DNA from: a virus
Length of the DNA: 64,000 nucleotides
Virus record (IMG/VR): IMGVR_UViG_3300035685_000001
Span: 1-64,000 of that record
Strand: one strand, 5' to 3'
Of this stretch, positions 41,901 to 51,707 are shown piece by piece. Both the position numbers and the translations under genes were made by a program. A model generated the notes under the pieces. It saw nothing but the letters and a program-made list of their open reading frames with translations. It did not search any database and was not told the DNA's origin. Numbering within the stretch: position 1 is the first letter of the stretch; each line of letters starts with the position of its first letter.

Positions 41901-44900
41901 GGCAGTTAGAGCAAAGAGCCTATAGCTTCCAGGCATCAACAGGAAAGATTCTAGAACGTGTTTCTGAAAACCCCCAACAAGTTGATCAAATACGAACAGC
42001 AACAGAACGCGCTGAACAATTAGGTAAAGACATTGGCAAGGTTATAAAGCCACCAAATCTGCAACCAATAATTAACAATGGCTTACGGGCTTATAAGGGG
42101 CTTACAGCAAAACAAGCAAAACAATTAGAACAGAATTATAAAAATTTCTTTAAAGAGGTAGCAACCTTATCAGACTTTGACTTAGGTGGTCGCAATCTTC
42201 CTGGATTAAAGGTAGATGAAAAGCTATTAGAACAACAGTCAGCAGATGCTCTTTATGATATTGCAAATAATCAAATAATTATTTCTAAAGAACTTCAGCA
42301 GGCACTAGCTGAAACCCCCGAAGGATTGCAACAATACGCTGAACAGATGGCGGCATTGGTGCATGAGGCTCGCCATGCTATGCAGTTTGACCTTGGCACA
42401 TTGTCAATGGAAGACTTGCAGCTAGGTCTAAAACCAGGTACTAATCTAAAAGCCTTTAATGAGACTTCCTCTGATGCTCAAAAAGCAGCACTTGAATCTG
42501 TAGACTTTGCTGCTCAACAAAATCCAGCAATGAGCGATCGTGCCAAAGCTGTACTTGGAACAGTTGAAGCTGATGCTTCAGACTTTGAACAGAACACACA
42601 AGGTATCTTAGAAAACCTTGCTGCAACAGAAGTCTTTGAGAATGCTTTCGGTGACTTCAAGCAGGAAAAAGCAGCATTCAGAAAAGCCTTAGACGATATC
42701 GAAGCCTACCTAAGCGAAGGTTTAAACCATCTAACAAAAGTTATTACCGACTTTGGTAAGAACTTAGCAGCAAAAGCTCAAAGTATTATCAGTGGATTTT
42801 TAACAGGCAACAGAACGTCAAAAGAATCCTCAAGAGCTTATGGCGGCTTCCAATACGTCAGACGTGGAAAAGGCACTCCTACTCAGTTATCTAACGATAT
42901 ACCCGATCCTTGGGAACAAGAATCTGAAGCGGAATACAGGCGAGCAACACCAGTGCAAGGCACTACACCTCAACTCCCAAGGCTTGACCCTAGAGGCTTA
43001 GGACAGCGCGTAAGAGTTCGCATAAGAAAACCTATTCAACAGACTATTAAGGGTACTCAGCAAGTCACAGAGAAGGCAGTAGAGAGCTTCAATAATCGTC
43101 TAGCAGATTACGTAGAAGGCAATTATAAGGAAGTCCTTAAAGAAGTATCAAGTCTAGCTGGTGCTAGCTTTGATGAAAACAGCTTACCAGAACTAACAGT
43201 CAATGAATCTGCATTAGCTAAAGCTGGCAAAGAAGCTCTTTACGATGCAGAGAAGAATCAAATTATTATTTCTCGACAAATGCGAGAAATGCTTAAGGCT
43301 AACCCCAGAGCATTAGCACAATATTCCAAAAAACTCAAGCCATTAATTGAAGCAGCAAGAGAGTCTATTGAAGGCACTACTGAAGCGGAAGCTCAAGAAT
43401 TTAGCAAACGCTCAGGAGAAGTATTAGCACGTGTAAGCACCAGAGCTAAAGGCAAGCGTTCTAACTACGCCACTCCCATTAAAGGTATCGCTGAGAACCT
43501 AGAGGCTTCAATAGATGCGTTGGCACTTGGCGCGCAAGAGTCAGAAAAACTTAAGAAACGCGCAAGGCTTTTTCTTAATAGTCTCAAGCAAGCTGCTAAA
43601 ACTCCCGACAACATGAATCCTGTGGTACCCGCTACAGAAAAAGCTAAGCCTTACCGCTTAGGAGCTGGAAAGTCTATGCAAAGCATGAGGCGAGCCTACA
43701 GGGAGATACGGAACCCCACACCTTTCTTGCCAGAAGGCAACACCGCTCAAAGGGTATTTACACGTGTTGTTCCTAGACCTGTCAGAAAAGCAGTTCAACA
43801 ACAAGCTGAAAGAGCAAAACAGGTATCAGGTGTTGACCTAAGCAATCCTACAAGCGCATTTCAAGCACTAGACAAAGCTGTTCAATCTGTCAATAAGCGC
43901 TTTAAAGTTCCTATTGAACTCTATGCAAAACTTAACATCAAGGGAATGGCTGATGTTGTTCAAGATTTGCAAAAGATAGTAGGCAAGGAACTAGATAAGC
44001 TAGAAAAGAAGGCTCAGACATTACCTTACTTTGGAGACTTGGCAGGCAAAGCTGTAGGAAGCTTAAAGTCTTTTGCAATGGCGGGTTCTGGAGCTGGAAT
44101 AGTTGCCTTAAGATTCTTGAGTGTACTTGGTCGTTTTACCGGACTTGCCACACTTGCCGCTCAGATTCAGTTAGTAGCAGTTCAATTTGATGGACTTAAG
44201 AAAAGCTTCATTCAAGTCTCAAACGAAGCTAACCGAGGTGCTGAAACGTTTGATAGAGTAATGCAATCTGCCAGTGAGCTAGGAGTAGATAAAGCTACAG
44301 CCGCTCAAGGTGCAACTCAAATCTTTGGTAATGTTAACCCTAAGATGGGTAGCCGAATGGCTGAGCAGACAAACAGGGCTGCTCAAGAAGCGTCGTTAAT
44401 CTACTCAAGTACTCCTCAGCAATCAGAGCAGATATTCTCAGCATTTGCCAACTTGACTGATGAATCTACCTTAAGTATGGGTAGCTTTCAACAAATGATG
44501 AAAGCCATCCCAGGTAGTCTTGATACGGCTGCTCGCTCTATGGGTATGACCAATGCTGAGTTTCAAAACTTCATTCAGAGCAACAGCATACTTGTAGATG
44601 ATTTCTTGCCTAGATTCATTCAACAAATGAATGTTGACAATCAACCTAAGATCGCTGGTGCAATGGATACTCTCTCCACAGCAACAAATCGTTATAACAA
44701 CGCACTAGTAGATGTGCAGTTAGAAATAGGTAAGACAATCACACCAATTGAGAAGTTAAGAGTACAGTCAGCGGCTTGGATGGCTGAAAATCCATTGAAG
44801 TACATGGCTGCTGTCTTTGCCAAGTGGTCTACTTCAATGGCTGTATTGTCACTCGTTAAGTTTATGGTGGCAAGTAAGAATGTTTTGGCTACTGTAATCC

Positions 44901-47900
44901 CTATAGTTGCAAAGCTACCATTGTTCCAAGCTGGCATACTTGCGCTTACTGTTGCATTTAAGGCTGTTTTGCCAATTATTGCAAAGATGAGCTTAGAGTT
45001 TATCTTGTTCCAACTTCTAATTGATGCTGTATTTGCAGCATTTAAGGCTGGAAGTAATGCGGGTGGACAATTCAATACATGGGCAGAAGAATCAGTAGAT
45101 AGGGTTAATAATTTAGCCCTAGCATTTGATAAAGCTAAGGAATCTGCTGAGGGGATGGGTAAATCCTTGCCTACTGATGAAACTGAGTTAAAGAGTCAAG
45201 GCAGTCGCTTTGAAGATAGCATTATTGGTTCTATCTTTGGAAAGAAAAACATGAGATGGGCAGAAAACCAGATGGATAAAGGTCTACAAAAAATAGATCC
45301 TACCTGGAAATCTTACGCCCAAAAAGAAATGTATGACAAAGCTGAGGCGGTACAAACTCTAAGCCAATCAGGAGGTGCGATATCACAGCGCGTTCTCGAT
45401 ATGCGTATTGGTAAGGACAATTCCCTCAAAGAATTTACCGCCATTGAGAAAAAGTTAGAAGACATCAGAATGCAGCGTAGAGCATTAGCTTCTACAGACT
45501 CAGGTGATACAGAAGGATTACGCAAGCTTAGAGAACAAGAACGCGAACTGCTGAAGACTCGTGATGTAACAGCCGCTCCTATTCAGCAATTACAAAGCGA
45601 TGTTGCTGCACAAATTAAGGTGTATGAGGATGCTTTAGCGAAGATTGATGAAGAAGCTTCTCAGGATTCATGGACTCAAGAAGAGTATGACAGAGCAACA
45701 CAAACTCTTAAAATGAGTCTTTCTGAGGCTGAGAAAGAGCAAAAATATCTCAATAGCCAGATTAAAGATAGTACTACAGCATTACTTGCCCTACAGCGTC
45801 AATTTGCTTCTCTAAATGCTCAGTTAGCCGATAATGCAACGACACTTCAAAAGCAATACAACGAGACATTAAAGGGCATCTTTGCAAATGATTCTTTAAG
45901 TTCTGCACAAAAAGGCTTTAAACAGCAATCAGCAGAGCAGGATATGCTTGCTCAAAAGTTACAAGCTAACAAGCGTACTGCCCTAGAGATGCGTGAAAGT
46001 CTAGCCGCTCAAGGCGGTGAAGACATATTGACAAATTACAAAGTAGACGTTAGCACTACTGATGCTCAAGGCTTTAATTTGCTGGCTCAAAAGGCAGAAG
46101 CGCAAGGTAATGCTAAAGAACAAGAAGTCTTTACCCAATACGCTCGCATTAAAGAGCTAGAGTTAGAAACTTCTGAAATGGAGGCGCAAGCCATCCAAAG
46201 ACAATCAGAAGCTCAACAACAACTTAAAGACCTTAACAAACAAGTAGAAGAGTACTACAGAGGCATTGCCAGACAAGCTGCTGAAAGTGAGATTCAACTC
46301 GCTAAGCAAGTATCAGAAATCCAAACTCAACAGCATACCAATACGATCAATGCTGCTCTGTTGGGAGCAAATGACAATATTATCAGTCAGTTTGTAGGTG
46401 GCATTTTAGACGCTGTAACTCAGATAGCAAGTGCTGCTGATGGTTCGTTTGATGCTCAAAGTCAAATACTACAAGCTCAAAATGCCTTTGAAGATACTTT
46501 CAGAAGTGGTGAAGAGTTACGCAAGCAGTTGCCAGCATTAGAACTTAAGGGTTCTGACCTGCCTACCATCCCAGTAGAAATAGACGTTAATTCCGTTGGG
46601 GCTAATGATGACATCCAAAAACTAGGTGATGCAATTGGAGCATCTGTAGATGAGACTGATGATTTAGCTGCTGCTACTGCTGGTGTGAATGCCATGTTTG
46701 CAGAGTCAAGCGGATTAGTAACGCAGACATCAGACGATGTTAGCTACTTGCAGAGTGGGCTAGAGGGTGTAGCAGGGGCAATAGATACGGGTGCTATGGC
46801 ATCAGATAGCCTCAATCAATCAGTAGGCTCTACAACCGATTCAGCCTCTTATCTCCAAAGTCAGATAGATATCAATACGATGGCTATTGATGGCAGTAAT
46901 GCTGCTATGCAAGGAGTAGGAGCAAGCATAGATGCAAATACTCAGAAAACCGGATTAACGGCTGAGCAGTCAGCTAAGTGGTGGGCAGAATTAGGCACTG
47001 TAGAGAAGATAACCATATCAGTGCAAGCTGTCTTTACTGCCATTGGTCAAGGGATTATGGGTGTAATCTCAAATACTGTTGATTGGTTCAAGACGTTTGC
47101 AAATAATATTCCAATTCTTAATACTATTGGTCAAACTCTAAGTAGTTGGGGGCAAAGTATTGCCAATAGTGGTATCGGTCAAGCCGTAGGGGGAGCCGTA
47201 CAGAGTGCGGGTGATGCAATAGGGCATCAATGGGATCGCTTTACTAATTGGGCGCAAGGTGGTGGCAAAGTTACAGAACGTTATCGCACTGGTACTCTTG
47301 CTGCTCAAGAGTATGGTGCATCTAGAGATGGGGGTAGCAGGAGACACGCAGGACAAGATTTAGATGTTAGTGGCAACCAAGAAGCTCAATCTTTTATCGG
47401 TGGAAAAATCACTAAAGTAGGATATGACCAAGGTGGTTATGGTCATTATGTAGATGTTTATAATCCTACTTTGAAGGTGGTTGAACGCATTGCAGAAGTT
47501 GCACAAGTATTAGTAAAAGTGGGTCAAGAAATAAAACCAGGTCAAGCAATAGGCAAAGGTGAAACAAATACAGGTGTATTTCACTACGAAATTAGAACAG
47601 ATGCTAATGCTCAAGGACAAGGTGGCTCTGGTCATACAGGAACAGTAGACCCTATAAAGTTTTATGAAAAGCTTGGCATTGTAGAGCGTCAAGGACAAAA
47701 CATTGTAATTAAAAAAGGAATGCAAGCGGGTCAAACTGTAACTCAACAAGAGCATCATTTAGGAGATGGTCATAATCATTATGGTGAAGAGGATGCTAGG
47801 AAAGCCAACCAGCAAGCAGCAGTAGCCACTTCTGAACAACTAGCGCAAGCTGGACGCAATGCAACAGCTAGACGTGGCGGGGCTAATGGTAATGCCGTAA

Positions 47901-50900
47901 TAACAAACGCTGGTGACTACACAAAACGCTCCAAAGAAGACAACATTCAAACAATTGTTAATGAAGCAATTCGTTTAGGAGTCACAGACAAAGCTCAGAT
48001 TAGCTATATTGTTGCAACAGCACTACATGAGTCAGGCAACTTCAAGTATTTTGAAGAACAAGGACCCGATAGCCGCTTTGCTCATTATGGGGGGGGTGCC
48101 AGATACAAAGGGCGCGGGATGGTACAACTGACTCACAAGCAAAACTACCAGAAGCAAGGTGAGCGTCTAGGTTTAGATTTGGTTAATAATCCTGAATTAA
48201 TTCGTGATGCTAATGTTGCTGCAAATATATTGGTTCACGGGATGATAACAGGAGGTTTTACAGGGCGCAGATTAGATCAATATGTAGGCAATGGCAAAAA
48301 CGACATTAATAATGCAAGACGCACTGTAAACGGTTACGTGCAAGCTCAGGTGAATCAAGTTAATAGTAAATACAACAGCATTGCCCCAAATATTGACCAA
48401 TATATTGCAAGAGCCGGACAAGGTGGAGCGGCTCCTACAGTTTCAGCTCCTCAACAGGCTGCCTATACTCCTGTTGCAAAACCTGAAGTATGGGCACCTG
48501 AAAGCTTAAGTCAAGTTGGCAATAATCGCATTACTCAAACTCAAAACTCAGCCGCTCAACAACGTGACGCACAACAAGCAGCCGCAGCCCAACAGACTTA
48601 CGCAAGAGCAGAAAGTGAAACTATTAGCGGTCTTCAAAAATCCCAACAGACTTTAATCCAAGTACAAAAACAACTAAGACAAGCTGGCTATGAGTCTAGA
48701 GACATTGGTGAAGATATCACCAATATGAACCTAGAAAATCTTGGCCCCCTTACCCTGCCTCAGCAACGAGAGAAAGCATTAGCTGATCAGCGTAGACAAT
48801 ATCGGGATCAAGGCGAAAAAGTTAACGAACTCATCATTGACAGAGAGAATCGTAAGCAAGCTGCTCAAGCTATCTTAGACTTACCTGAAGGTATAATTAC
48901 ACCAGCAGTCAGAGAAAAATTTGACAAGATTCTGGCAATGCCAATCAGTGAAGACCTAAAAGAGCGTCTTCGTACCGAACTTACTACAGGTTCACTTGGT
49001 GAAGGACTCAAGAATACTCTACAACAATCCGTCACTCAAGCCGATCAAGAATTGGCAGTATTGCGTAAAGCTCAAGCTGACCTCCAAAAAGGTGAACAAG
49101 AATCACTAAAGGCTGCTGAGGAAAAATGGGCATTTGAGATTAAAGCCCGTGAGCAAGCCGCTAAGTTTGAACAAGAAAGCTTAAATATCAGTACTCTACA
49201 GGCTCGTTTAGAACAACTCAAGGGGCAAGCTGACAGAGAAGGGGCAACTAGTGAAGCTCTAAAGCAGATTCCAGCAATGGAAGCGCTTATAGCCCTCCGT
49301 CAGCAACAGCTAGACTACGATAAGCAGATTCAGGAAATAGAAGAGAAAGTCAGAGCTAAGACTGGCATCAATGAAGAAGAGGCTAAGGCACAAATAGCGA
49401 GCCTTAAAGAGCGTAAAGCTATAGTTGACCAGACTGTTAAGGAAAACCAAGCTTATCAGGAGTTGGTCAACACAAGGGCATTGGATGCTCGCAACAGAGA
49501 AGCAAGCCTGGAACAAGCTCGTCAAGAGTTAGCTGTCAGCAAACAACAAATAGAGGCACTTAAGGCGCTACCAGAATCAGACGCTCGCCGCAATGATATC
49601 CCTCTGCTTGAGTATCAAGTAGAGTTACAAGAGTTGCAGCTTAAGCTACAAGAGGATATTGCCGCTGTTAATGATGCAGTCTTTAAAGGCGATCGCACCA
49701 AGGCGGAAGGCGATAAAAAGATAGCTGACCTTCAGAAGGAATACGAACTTAATCAGGCTAACCTAGGAGTCAGACTTAAACAGCAATCAGTAGAACAAGA
49801 ACTAGCCCAACAGCGAGCGGTCTTAGGCATTCGAGAACAGGAACTAGGCTTTGCAGAGCAGCTACTAGAGGCTCAAAGCAGAAGTATTGAACTAGGGCGT
49901 TCTACAGGCGATAAGTTAGGCGATCGGTATGCCCTACAGACTGAACAACAGAAGCTCAGTTTTGAAAAGCAAATTCTAGACGTTAAGGAATTGGGTTTAC
50001 AGTCTAATAAATCCGCTGAAGAAATTGCCGCAACAGAGGCTTTGCTAAGAAAGGTTAATGATATAACCCTGGACAACATTACTGCTGAGATGGAAAAAGC
50101 TTTTTCTGACAGAGCTTTTAACGTTAATCAACGCATTGGAGAAAGCAACAACGCAGTATTGAGCGCTCAGCAATCCTTGATGAGTACTTATGGATTTACT
50201 CAAGAGGCTAACCGACTTGGTAAAGAAATAGCTATTAATCAGCAAGTTCAAGATTTTACTAATGAATCAAGAAGTTTAGAAGAATTTATCAAAACTGAAT
50301 CAGTAGCAGCCGATAAAGCAGCCTTGCTACGAGACAGCCTAAAGAGTGTTAACGAGATTAAGTTCCGTGAGATAGAGGCTCAATTTAATCCGCTGAAAGG
50401 TCTGATTGATAGCTCAGTAGGGGCGCTTAAGGGAGCATTCAAGAGTCTGATTAAGGATGGCAAAGTAGACTTTGACTCGTTCTTTGATGGCATTCTGGAC
50501 AGTATTGCTGAATTCCTTAGCAATATGCTTGTAGAAGAGTTGATGGGGTTCTTAACTCCTGGTGGGGATAAGAAAAAAGGTGGTGAAATATTCCCAAACG
50601 CTACAGCAGACCCTAACAGCACTGACCCATTCAACGGTGTTGCAGACCCACTGGGATTAATCACGGGGCAGAGGGACAGCATCTTTGGTGGAAGTGAAGC
50701 TACTAGTTTATTAGGCACTAGTGCAATGCAACCGATGTTTGTCAGCGTTACAAATGCTAATCAATTTGGCTTTGGAGCAGGAGCAGCAAACAACATTGTG
50801 CCATTCTCTAGTAATAGTGTTGTTGGTAGCGGTTTAGGTGACTTTGGTGCGAGCCTATTTGGTGGAAAGACTGATTTAATTAGCCCTCTAACTAGTAGTT

Positions 50901-51565
50901 TTGGTGATTTAAGTAGCTTCATGACTCCTACTTTCTCAGGCATCACTGCCCAGAACCCGCTAGCGGTCAACGTGACACAAGCTAAGCCTGATTTGTTCAG
51001 TAGTATTCTAGGTGGACTTGGCGGGGGGGCAGGGGGCATTGGAGGGGCTGTAGGTGGCATAGCCTCAGCATTAGGCGGTGGAGGTGGCTTTGGTGGAATT
51101 ATTAGCGCAATACTGCCTATATTTGGTAGCTTATTTGGTTTTGCAAAAGGCGGCGTAATTGGCACTGGTAGAGGCGAAAAAGATGACCAGCTTATCTTGG
51201 CTCAAAGAGGCGAAGGTATTCTTACTCATGAGGGCATGAAAGCTATCGGCGGGGCTGCTGTATTAAATAGTCTTAATCATGCTAAGAAGTATCGAGTACC
51301 TAAGTTTGCAATGGGTGGACAGATAGGCGGTGAATATGGTGGTAGAGGAAGTGCTGATAGAGTGAGTGAAGGAAGGGAAGAAAGACGTAACGAGACTCTA
51401 AAAGTAGAAAGTGAAGTTATTAATAATGTCGAGTACGTGACTTTTGCACAAGCTCAGCAAATGGCACAAAAAGCCCGCCAAATGGGCGCTTCAGACGGTG
51501 CAAAGTATGTTTCTGAAAAAATGCAAAACTCGCCTTCTTATCGCAATAGGCATGGTATTAGATAA
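38939..51565 (+). CDS. Giant tape-measure-like multi-enzyme virion protein (about 4200 aa)
   Basis: Single 12.6-kb ORF. Contains GYSAGG serine-hydrolase motif (40814-40828), HELFH (41708-41722), HEARH (42362-42376), hydrophobic helices (~44790-45060), long coiled coils, M23 peptidase HAGQDL...HYEIR (~47345-47596), GH19-like HESG...YKGRGMVQLTHKQNY (~48026-48160) and a Gly-rich C-terminus. I prefer ATG 38939 because 38906-38938 forms a hairpin. Confidence 0.7.
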   Translation: MSIDIASVSIPTEINLSGFNSGLAALERTKIKSLEVDVKLNTQSLERDRKQLEATLAKPLTLNLEVDDTALLTLRRRLQKQAPYKVKVTTEVDTRGVINARQQINKSIGNIPEVKICVDDSELYELNKHIELKRTHVKDINKWMAANPITVHADTSRVDAFEKRTIKGKKVRVEVEYDDPGYKSTALATHSVSSTKSTLNFTKPLEAQTKALDSAIDSAADKIADALEKGFKSQKKGLLGEIGSGLLLGATFKGGSALFDKATGKAKQTVTQQKEQRQAFTQLNYKSQVAVTKKQVVVQNKETDKLRQEMLQMNNRDVIQPLAKKAGVKASTKVQAVEGLLSGQSPQQLKTQLPYIDNIRQEAVKTSEQLSKLTAVQLKTQLSDTTKRLSTSLKGIKGTANISALSDLGNQIEKEYQAVIATLSEATEEDAKNILQSAKLQIAKIRKATSTEAQKVSLESIQNQGNQQGQQQFLRRAKQPKFNALQQRRIKEMQYNARIVEERAEQIYQTLPDLPKDTKRIALVSGGFASKHGKSSHSVAERMKPFLGEGTHVQPVENPDTDWGDYDATVEKDPISWAKNAVKVVAKHNLGKGYKEDSIQAAAYAKAYAKKAKEQGLNIPNIEGYGYSAGGFVMQEAAELSRETRTPFKGVGIGTPHYGISNTASQEDYISVLGGQDPLSKLQPVKSPNLRTYAKAGRKHLLEEYTNNPDVQRDIFSHMGREAPFALGQDFEENMMSAMNAAQESLSINPRMRPTLAASGAIDPVLDELTKHRETIADQIDNIPLEILEDVKAADEVLQGLQNQLIKGFGLKGKSVAPLAQAGKKVIKTPAQQIVGNGDKEQQILKNYHAILKEMADVAGVTVNQTQVPKLTVDPAKLKRLDANAYYESGSKNEITIQPRLAELLALPTEELKNYSKELTSLTHELFHSIDLAFGEKTIGGLARGTDQIETPLSPSVTVNGDRMARIAMADTKRSQPRANNDYLKTIGQLEQRAYSFQASTGKILERVSENPQQVDQIRTATERAEQLGKDIGKVIKPPNLQPIINNGLRAYKGLTAKQAKQLEQNYKNFFKEVATLSDFDLGGRNLPGLKVDEKLLEQQSADALYDIANNQIIISKELQQALAETPEGLQQYAEQMAALVHEARHAMQFDLGTLSMEDLQLGLKPGTNLKAFNETSSDAQKAALESVDFAAQQNPAMSDRAKAVLGTVEADASDFEQNTQGILENLAATEVFENAFGDFKQEKAAFRKALDDIEAYLSEGLNHLTKVITDFGKNLAAKAQSIISGFLTGNRTSKESSRAYGGFQYVRRGKGTPTQLSNDIPDPWEQESEAEYRRATPVQGTTPQLPRLDPRGLGQRVRVRIRKPIQQTIKGTQQVTEKAVESFNNRLADYVEGNYKEVLKEVSSLAGASFDENSLPELTVNESALAKAGKEALYDAEKNQIIISRQMREMLKANPRALAQYSKKLKPLIEAARESIEGTTEAEAQEFSKRSGEVLARVSTRAKGKRSNYATPIKGIAENLEASIDALALGAQESEKLKKRARLFLNSLKQAAKTPDNMNPVVPATEKAKPYRLGAGKSMQSMRRAYREIRNPTPFLPEGNTAQRVFTRVVPRPVRKAVQQQAERAKQVSGVDLSNPTSAFQALDKAVQSVNKRFKVPIELYAKLNIKGMADVVQDLQKIVGKELDKLEKKAQTLPYFGDLAGKAVGSLKSFAMAGSGAGIVALRFLSVLGRFTGLATLAAQIQLVAVQFDGLKKSFIQVSNEANRGAETFDRVMQSASELGVDKATAAQGATQIFGNVNPKMGSRMAEQTNRAAQEASLIYSSTPQQSEQIFSAFANLTDESTLSMGSFQQMMKAIPGSLDTAARSMGMTNAEFQNFIQSNSILVDDFLPRFIQQMNVDNQPKIAGAMDTLSTATNRYNNALVDVQLEIGKTITPIEKLRVQSAAWMAENPLKYMAAVFAKWSTSMAVLSLVKFMVASKNVLATVIPIVAKLPLFQAGILALTVAFKAVLPIIAKMSLEFILFQLLIDAVFAAFKAGSNAGGQFNTWAEESVDRVNNLALAFDKAKESAEGMGKSLPTDETELKSQGSRFEDSIIGSIFGKKNMRWAENQMDKGLQKIDPTWKSYAQKEMYDKAEAVQTLSQSGGAISQRVLDMRIGKDNSLKEFTAIEKKLEDIRMQRRALASTDSGDTEGLRKLREQERELLKTRDVTAAPIQQLQSDVAAQIKVYEDALAKIDEEASQDSWTQEEYDRATQTLKMSLSEAEKEQKYLNSQIKDSTTALLALQRQFASLNAQLADNATTLQKQYNETLKGIFANDSLSSAQKGFKQQSAEQDMLAQKLQANKRTALEMRESLAAQGGEDILTNYKVDVSTTDAQGFNLLAQKAEAQGNAKEQEVFTQYARIKELELETSEMEAQAIQRQSEAQQQLKDLNKQVEEYYRGIARQAAESEIQLAKQVSEIQTQQHTNTINAALLGANDNIISQFVGGILDAVTQIASAADGSFDAQSQILQAQNAFEDTFRSGEELRKQLPALELKGSDLPTIPVEIDVNSVGANDDIQKLGDAIGASVDETDDLAAATAGVNAMFAESSGLVTQTSDDVSYLQSGLEGVAGAIDTGAMASDSLNQSVGSTTDSASYLQSQIDINTMAIDGSNAAMQGVGASIDANTQKTGLTAEQSAKWWAELGTVEKITISVQAVFTAIGQGIMGVISNTVDWFKTFANNIPILNTIGQTLSSWGQSIANSGIGQAVGGAVQSAGDAIGHQWDRFTNWAQGGGKVTERYRTGTLAAQEYGASRDGGSRRHAGQDLDVSGNQEAQSFIGGKITKVGYDQGGYGHYVDVYNPTLKVVERIAEVAQVLVKVGQEIKPGQAIGKGETNTGVFHYEIRTDANAQGQGGSGHTGTVDPIKFYEKLGIVERQGQNIVIKKGMQAGQTVTQQEHHLGDGHNHYGEEDARKANQQAAVATSEQLAQAGRNATARRGGANGNAVITNAGDYTKRSKEDNIQTIVNEAIRLGVTDKAQISYIVATALHESGNFKYFEEQGPDSRFAHYGGGARYKGRGMVQLTHKQNYQKQGERLGLDLVNNPELIRDANVAANILVHGMITGGFTGRRLDQYVGNGKNDINNARRTVNGYVQAQVNQVNSKYNSIAPNIDQYIARAGQGGAAPTVSAPQQAAYTPVAKPEVWAPESLSQVGNNRITQTQNSAAQQRDAQQAAAAQQTYARAESETISGLQKSQQTLIQVQKQLRQAGYESRDIGEDITNMNLENLGPLTLPQQREKALADQRRQYRDQGEKVNELIIDRENRKQAAQAILDLPEGIITPAVREKFDKILAMPISEDLKERLRTELTTGSLGEGLKNTLQQSVTQADQELAVLRKAQADLQKGEQESLKAAEEKWAFEIKAREQAAKFEQESLNISTLQARLEQLKGQADREGATSEALKQIPAMEALIALRQQQLDYDKQIQEIEEKVRAKTGINEEEAKAQIASLKERKAIVDQTVKENQAYQELVNTRALDARNREASLEQARQELAVSKQQIEALKALPESDARRNDIPLLEYQVELQELQLKLQEDIAAVNDAVFKGDRTKAEGDKKIADLQKEYELNQANLGVRLKQQSVEQELAQQRAVLGIREQELGFAEQLLEAQSRSIELGRSTGDKLGDRYALQTEQQKLSFEKQILDVKELGLQSNKSAEEIAATEALLRKVNDITLDNITAEMEKAFSDRAFNVNQRIGESNNAVLSAQQSLMSTYGFTQEANRLGKEIAINQQVQDFTNESRSLEEFIKTESVAADKAALLRDSLKSVNEIKFREIEAQFNPLKGLIDSSVGALKGAFKSLIKDGKVDFDSFFDGILDSIAEFLSNMLVEELMGFLTPGGDKKKGGEIFPNATADPNSTDPFNGVADPLGLITGQRDSIFGGSEATSLLGTSAMQPMFVSVTNANQFGFGAGAANNIVPFSSNSVVGSGLGDFGASLFGGKTDLISPLTSSFGDLSSFMTPTFSGITAQNPLAVNVTQAKPDLFSSILGGLGGGAGGIGGAVGGIASALGGGGGFGGIISAILPIFGSLFGFAKGGVIGTGRGEKDDQLILAQRGEGILTHEGMKAIGGAAVLNSLNHAKKYRVPKFAMGGQIGGEYGGRGSADRVSEGREERRNETLKVESEVINNVEYVTFAQAQQMAQKARQMGASDGAKYVSEKMQNSPSYRNRHGIR

Positions 51566-51707
51566 ACTTTATATATTGCACTAGACAGGCGGTGTCTGAG
51601 GCAGTGCTTGCTAAGAGGAAGCATAGGGTTTACTGTTGAGTCGTACCTATGCCCAATTGGAGTAAGACTGATACACAAAATACTCAAACATTGTGTATGT
51701 ACCTCAA

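Noticed and set aside
44692-51165. Minus-strand track ORFs inside the giant gene (for example 44692..45075, 50380..50718, 50761..51165)
   Set aside because: They are fully embedded antisense to an uninterrupted 12.6-kb ORF. Their translations are low-complexity mirrors of the sense Gly/Ala-rich or hydrophobic regions (PPPPP and similar runs). They have no signals of their own.
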